From assembly GCA_020348925.1 (NCBI GenBank), contig CP070758.1, positions 762,469 through 826,468 of the forward strand: a DNA stretch of 64,000 nt. The letters are read 5' to 3'. The stretch's first letter is position 1. The number at the start of each line of letters is the position of its first letter. Below the pieces are notes generated by a model that had not been told where the DNA came from, ran no database searches, and was given only the letters and a program-made list of their open reading frames with translations. The position numbers and the translations under genes are program-made. Below, piece by piece: positions 60,033 through 64,000 of this stretch. Source of the DNA: Gemmatimonadota bacterium (lineage in GTDB: Bacteria; JBHIER01; G020348925).

Positions 60033-61267
60033 GTCGAGATCTTGTGTGTTCTTTCTGCGGTCGCCAAAGTCGTCAAGCGGGTAAATTGGTGACCGGACCA
60101 TCGGTTCGAATATGTGCCGATTGCATTAAAATATGCGCTGAGGTTCTCCAGCAAGAGGAGAAAACGGACCTGATGTTTCACCTTGAGGACCTTCCCACGC
60201 CTGCCAAGATCAAAGCCGGCTTGGATGGATACGTTATTGGACAGGAACGGGCAAAGAAAACGATTGCCGTCGCCGTGTACAACCATTACAAACGTATCCG
60301 CTCTGGGTTGAACAATGATCAGGTCGAACTGGAAAAAAGCAATATCCTACTCATAGGATCGACGGGGACAGGCAAGACATTGCTCGCTCAAACCTTGGCG
60401 AAGTTTCTCCGTGTTCCGTTCTCTATCGCCGATGCCACGTCGTTAACAGAAGCGGGATATGTGGGCGAGGATGTTGAAAATATACTTGTGCGCCTCTTAC
60501 AGGCCGCCAATTATGATCTCAAGAAAGCCGGTATGGGTATCCTGTACGTTGATGAGATTGACAAAATTGCCCGGAAACAGGCCAATCCTTCCATCACCAG
60601 AGATGTTTCTGGGGAAGGCGTGCAACAGGCACTCCTGAAAATGCTTGAGGGGACGATTGCCAACTTACCCCCACGGGGCGGCCGGAAGCATCCCGAACAA
60701 GAGTTCCTTCAACTCAACACGAAGAACATACTTTTTATTTGCGGGGGAACCTTTGACGGGCTGGAGGCTTTTATTCGCAAGCGAGTTGGCGAAAACAGTA
60801 TCGGTTTCGGGAGTAAGAGCCGACGCGAAAAAAATAGAAAAATTGGGGATATCCTTGCGCTGGTCGAACCGGAAGATCTGCTTCAGTATGGGTTTATCCC
60901 GGAATTGATTGGCCGTTTGCCGGTGGTCTGTACGCTCGATGATCTCAATGAAGAGGCCCTTCTCGAGATTCTCGTGAAGCCGAAGAACGCCCTGACCAAG
61001 CAATACGAGAGGCTCTTTGAGCTCGAGGGGATCAATCTGCATTTTACCCCGGAAGCACTCAAAGCCATTGTTCAAGAGGCTCAGAGGCGAGCTACGGGCG
61101 CTCGAGCACTTCGGGCCGTTCTTGAGGAGGGTATGCTGGACATCATGTTTGAAACACCATCAAAGTCGAATGTCTGCGACTGCACTATCAATGAAGATGT
61201 TATTACGAAAGGCAGCAGACCATTGTATAAGGTCAAACGATCTGTGGCCGATAAAAAAGCAGGATGA
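60029..61267 (+). CDS. clpX: ATP-dependent Clp protease ATPase subunit
   Basis: CSFC..C..C zinc finger, [32 protein letters not shown] loop. Confidence 0.98.
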   Translation: MSRDLVCSFCGRQSRQAGKLVTGPSVRICADCIKICAEVLQQEEKTDLMFHLEDLPTPAKIKAGLDGYVIGQERAKKTIAVAVYNHYKRIRSGLNNDQVELEKSNILLIGSTGTGKTLLAQTLAKFLRVPFSIADATSLTEAGYVGEDVENILVRLLQAANYDLKKAGMGILYVDEIDKIARKQANPSITRDVSGEGVQQALLKMLEGTIANLPPRGGRKHPEQEFLQLNTKNILFICGGTFDGLEAFIRKRVGENSIGFGSKSRREKNRKIGDILALVEPEDLLQYGFIPELIGRLPVVCTLDDLNEEALLEILVKPKNALTKQYERLFELEGINLHFTPEALKAIVQEAQRRATGARALRAVLEEGMLDIMFETPSKSNVCDCTINEDVITKGSRPLYKVKRSVADKKAG

Positions 61268-61329
61268 CAACTCCCCACTTGTGGCATCTCTGAACCTTTT
61301 CCATCTGTTTGAACATTAGAAAGGAAATC

Positions 61330-63708
61330 ATGTTTCGAATCGAGCGAGATCAGGAAATTATCGAATTCCCCGAGCAGTTGCCCCTCTTACCGCTTCGGGA
61401 TGTCGTCGTGTTTCCGCATATGATCGTTCCAATATTGGTCGGTCGCGAGTCCTCTATGAAGGCTTTGCAGCAAGCTATGGTCAAGGATCGCTGTATCTTC
61501 CTCTGTGCACAAAAGGATCCAGCAGTTGAGGAACCTGTCAGGAAAGATCTTTATGAGATTGGCGTTGTTGCCCGAGTGCTTCAGGTCCTTCGGTTACCCA
61601 ACGGTATGCTTAAGGTACTTATCGAGGGCTTAACGCGGGCGAAGGGAGTCGGCTTGCAGCGCAAAGGGGAAATTCAACTGGTTCGCCTTGTGGTATTGGA
61701 GAGAGCGAACGGTGAGAATGCCGAGGTACAAGCCCGAGTGAAAGTCCTCACGAACCAGTTTCGGAACTATGTGAAACTCAACCAACAAATTCCGGATGAA
61801 GTTCTCTTCTCCATCACAACGATCGAAGATCCTCAGCAATTGGCCGATGTCATCTCCTCGCAGATTATTCAGAAAATGGAGGTCAAGCAGAAAATTCTTG
61901 AGGCAAGAGATGTAAAGACGCAGCTCCGTGAACTCTCAAAGCTGCTCGCTTCAGAGATGGAGATCCTGCGCATTGAGAAAAAGATCGATGACGAGGTCCG
62001 AAACCGAATGCACAAAACCCAGAGGGAGTTTTACCTTCACGAACAGATGAAGGCCATCAGGGAGGAGCTCGGGGAGGTTGATGATCATTTTACCGAAATA
62101 GCCCAGCTCAAAAAACAGATTGAAACGGCGGGTATGCCGAAGGACGTTCAGAACAAGGCTCTCACTGAGTTGGAGAAACTGAAAAAGATGCACATCATGT
62201 CACCGGAGTCAACCGTAGTCCGCAATTATCTCGACTGGATCATCGCCCTTCCGTGGAACGAACGGACCAAGGATAATTTGAAGATCAACCAGGTCCAGAA
62301 AATTTTGGATGCCGATCATTACGGTCTCGAAAAACCAAAGGAACGCATCCTCGAATATTTGGCGGTGATTCGATTGTCGAAAAAGATCAAGGGCCCGATC
62401 CTGTGCTTTGTCGGTCCTCCTGGCGTGGGGAAAACCTCTCTGGGAAGATCGATCGCTCGAGCCTTAGGGAGAAAATTCGTGAGAATCTCCCTGGGCGGGA
62501 TCCGAGATGAGGCGGAAATTCGCGGTCATCGGCGAACCTATATTGGATCGATGCCTGGACGCATTATCCAGTCGATGAAGCGGGCCAAGACGAAGAATCC
62601 GGTTTTTCTTCTCGATGAAGTCGATAAGATGGGGGTTGACTTTCGCGGTGATCCTTCGTCAGCCCTTTTGGAGGTACTGGATCCTGAACAGAATTGCGCT
62701 TTCAGTGATCACTACTTAGATGTCGATTATGATCTTTCAGAAGTGATGTTCATTACGACCGCAAATGTGAGGCACAGCATCCCACCTCCGCTGTTGGACC
62801 GAATGGAAGTGATCGAGTTGCCAGGTTATCTTGAGCACGAAAAAATTGGCATTGCTACAGGATTTCTTATACCGAAACAACTGAGGGAACAGGGACTCAA
62901 ACCCACGAACTTGAAGATTTCCGAGGGAGCCTTGGTGAAAATCATCCGTAATTACACTCAGGAAGCGGGTGTTCGCAACCTGGAACGGGAGATTGCCGCT
63001 ATCTGCCGCAAGGTGGCCAAGCAAGTCGTCGAAAGAGGAAAGAGATTCTCAGTAGCCGTCTCTTCGAACAATCTTCATGTCTATTTGGGATCGTCGAAGT
63101 TCTTGGACAAGAAGGCCGACGGGACGAATGGGATTGGTGTGGCAACCGGATTGGCCTGGACTGAGATGGGCGGAGATATTCTCAGTGTCGAGGTGACTCT
63201 CATGGAGGGCAAAGGGAAGCTGATCTTGACCGGTCAATTGGGTGAGGTGAGGCAAGAATCCGCCCAGGCCGCTCTGAGCTACGCTCGGAGCAGAGCACCA
63301 TCGCTGGGAATTGCCCCTGATTTTTACAAAAAAACCGATGTCCACGTTCATGTTCCGGAAGGGGCGATCCCGAAAGACGGACCGTCGGCCGGAATTACGA
63401 TGGCCGTTGCCTTAATCTCGGCCCTGACGAAGAAGCCCGTACGGAGGGATATCGCTTTAACCGGTGAAATCACTCTGCGTGGTCGCGTGTTATCTGTGGG
63501 TGGACTGAACGAGAAGTGTCTTGCGGCGCTCAGAGCCGGTGTGGGGATGATTGTTCTGCCCAAAGACAATGATAAGGACTACAAGGAGTTACCCCATCAA
63601 CTGAAGCGTGGATTGGAGTTCTCGATGGTGGAGACGATGGATGAAGTGGTGACGATCGCACTGCCGGATCTGAAGAATGAAAAGAGGGAGACATCCACTC
63701 CACACTAA
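61330..63708 (+). CDS. lon: Lon protease
   Basis: [26 protein letters not shown]. Confidence 0.98.
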   Translation: MFRIERDQEIIEFPEQLPLLPLRDVVVFPHMIVPILVGRESSMKALQQAMVKDRCIFLCAQKDPAVEEPVRKDLYEIGVVARVLQVLRLPNGMLKVLIEGLTRAKGVGLQRKGEIQLVRLVVLERANGENAEVQARVKVLTNQFRNYVKLNQQIPDEVLFSITTIEDPQQLADVISSQIIQKMEVKQKILEARDVKTQLRELSKLLASEMEILRIEKKIDDEVRNRMHKTQREFYLHEQMKAIREELGEVDDHFTEIAQLKKQIETAGMPKDVQNKALTELEKLKKMHIMSPESTVVRNYLDWIIALPWNERTKDNLKINQVQKILDADHYGLEKPKERILEYLAVIRLSKKIKGPILCFVGPPGVGKTSLGRSIARALGRKFVRISLGGIRDEAEIRGHRRTYIGSMPGRIIQSMKRAKTKNPVFLLDEVDKMGVDFRGDPSSALLEVLDPEQNCAFSDHYLDVDYDLSEVMFITTANVRHSIPPPLLDRMEVIELPGYLEHEKIGIATGFLIPKQLREQGLKPTNLKISEGALVKIIRNYTQEAGVRNLEREIAAICRKVAKQVVERGKRFSVAVSSNNLHVYLGSSKFLDKKADGTNGIGVATGLAWTEMGGDILSVEVTLMEGKGKLILTGQLGEVRQESAQAALSYARSRAPSLGIAPDFYKKTDVHVHVPEGAIPKDGPSAGITMAVALISALTKKPVRRDIALTGEITLRGRVLSVGGLNEKCLAALRAGVGMIVLPKDNDKDYKELPHQLKRGLEFSMVETMDEVVTIALPDLKNEKRETSTPH

Positions 63709-63924
63709 TACAGGCACCGCAAAGAACCAGAGATGAGTGGACACGGAAAAGGAGATTGTCCAACATCATCGTGACACCGCATGCTGCCAGCCAGACTGTC
63801 GAGACGTCAGAGAAAACCGCTCACTCCATAGCCACACAAATTTCAACCATTGCAAACAGGGGGAAGCAGAGAAGAGAGTGAATACCCCTTGACCCTCATG
63901 TCTTCTCTTTGTGGAGTTCGAAAA

Positions 63925-64000
63925 ATGACGCGGTGGCACCTTCTCGCCATACTTTTCCCGTTGTGGCTTCTTGGCGGTTGCTCTGTGGGTCGATATGCGG
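63925..64000 (+). CDS. Start of a probable lipoprotein (partial)
   Basis: GGAG then MTRWHLLAILFPLWLLGGC lipobox; open at window end. Confidence 0.5.
   Translation, partial: MTRWHLLAILFPLWLLGGCSVGRYA

Overview
Bacterial draft-genome window in three segments separated by two 100-N gaps (14833-14932, 21230-21329). ORFs break off at both gaps, so adjacency across them is unproven. Segment 1 (1-14832) is an AT-richer, all-minus-strand respiratory arsenate reductase locus: Cys-rich MerR-family regulator, GAF protein, fabK, cNMP-binding protein, two outer-membrane porins (one OprO/P-like), arrC-arrB-arrA-arrD, a short ModE-like regulator, moeA, mobB and a MOT1-type molybdate transporter. The arr order is unusual, ArrB has its own twin-arginine signal, and no arrSR/arsR/ars genes are visible. 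Segment 2 (14933-21229) holds two truncated modular secreted proteins (Ig-like repeats; VWA plus DUF11-like) and a TPR lipoprotein gene with an in-frame TAG. Segment 3 (21330-64000) is a ~36 kb co-directional block of ion/sulfur transporters, envelope and protein-quality-control genes with several gene remnants (glgP, yrbG, hsp20), followed by tRNA-Leu-tig-clpP-clpX-lon. Gene content suggests a diderm anaerobe, possibly an FCB-associated candidate phylum (inference only). All calls come from motif recognition; no database searches were run.
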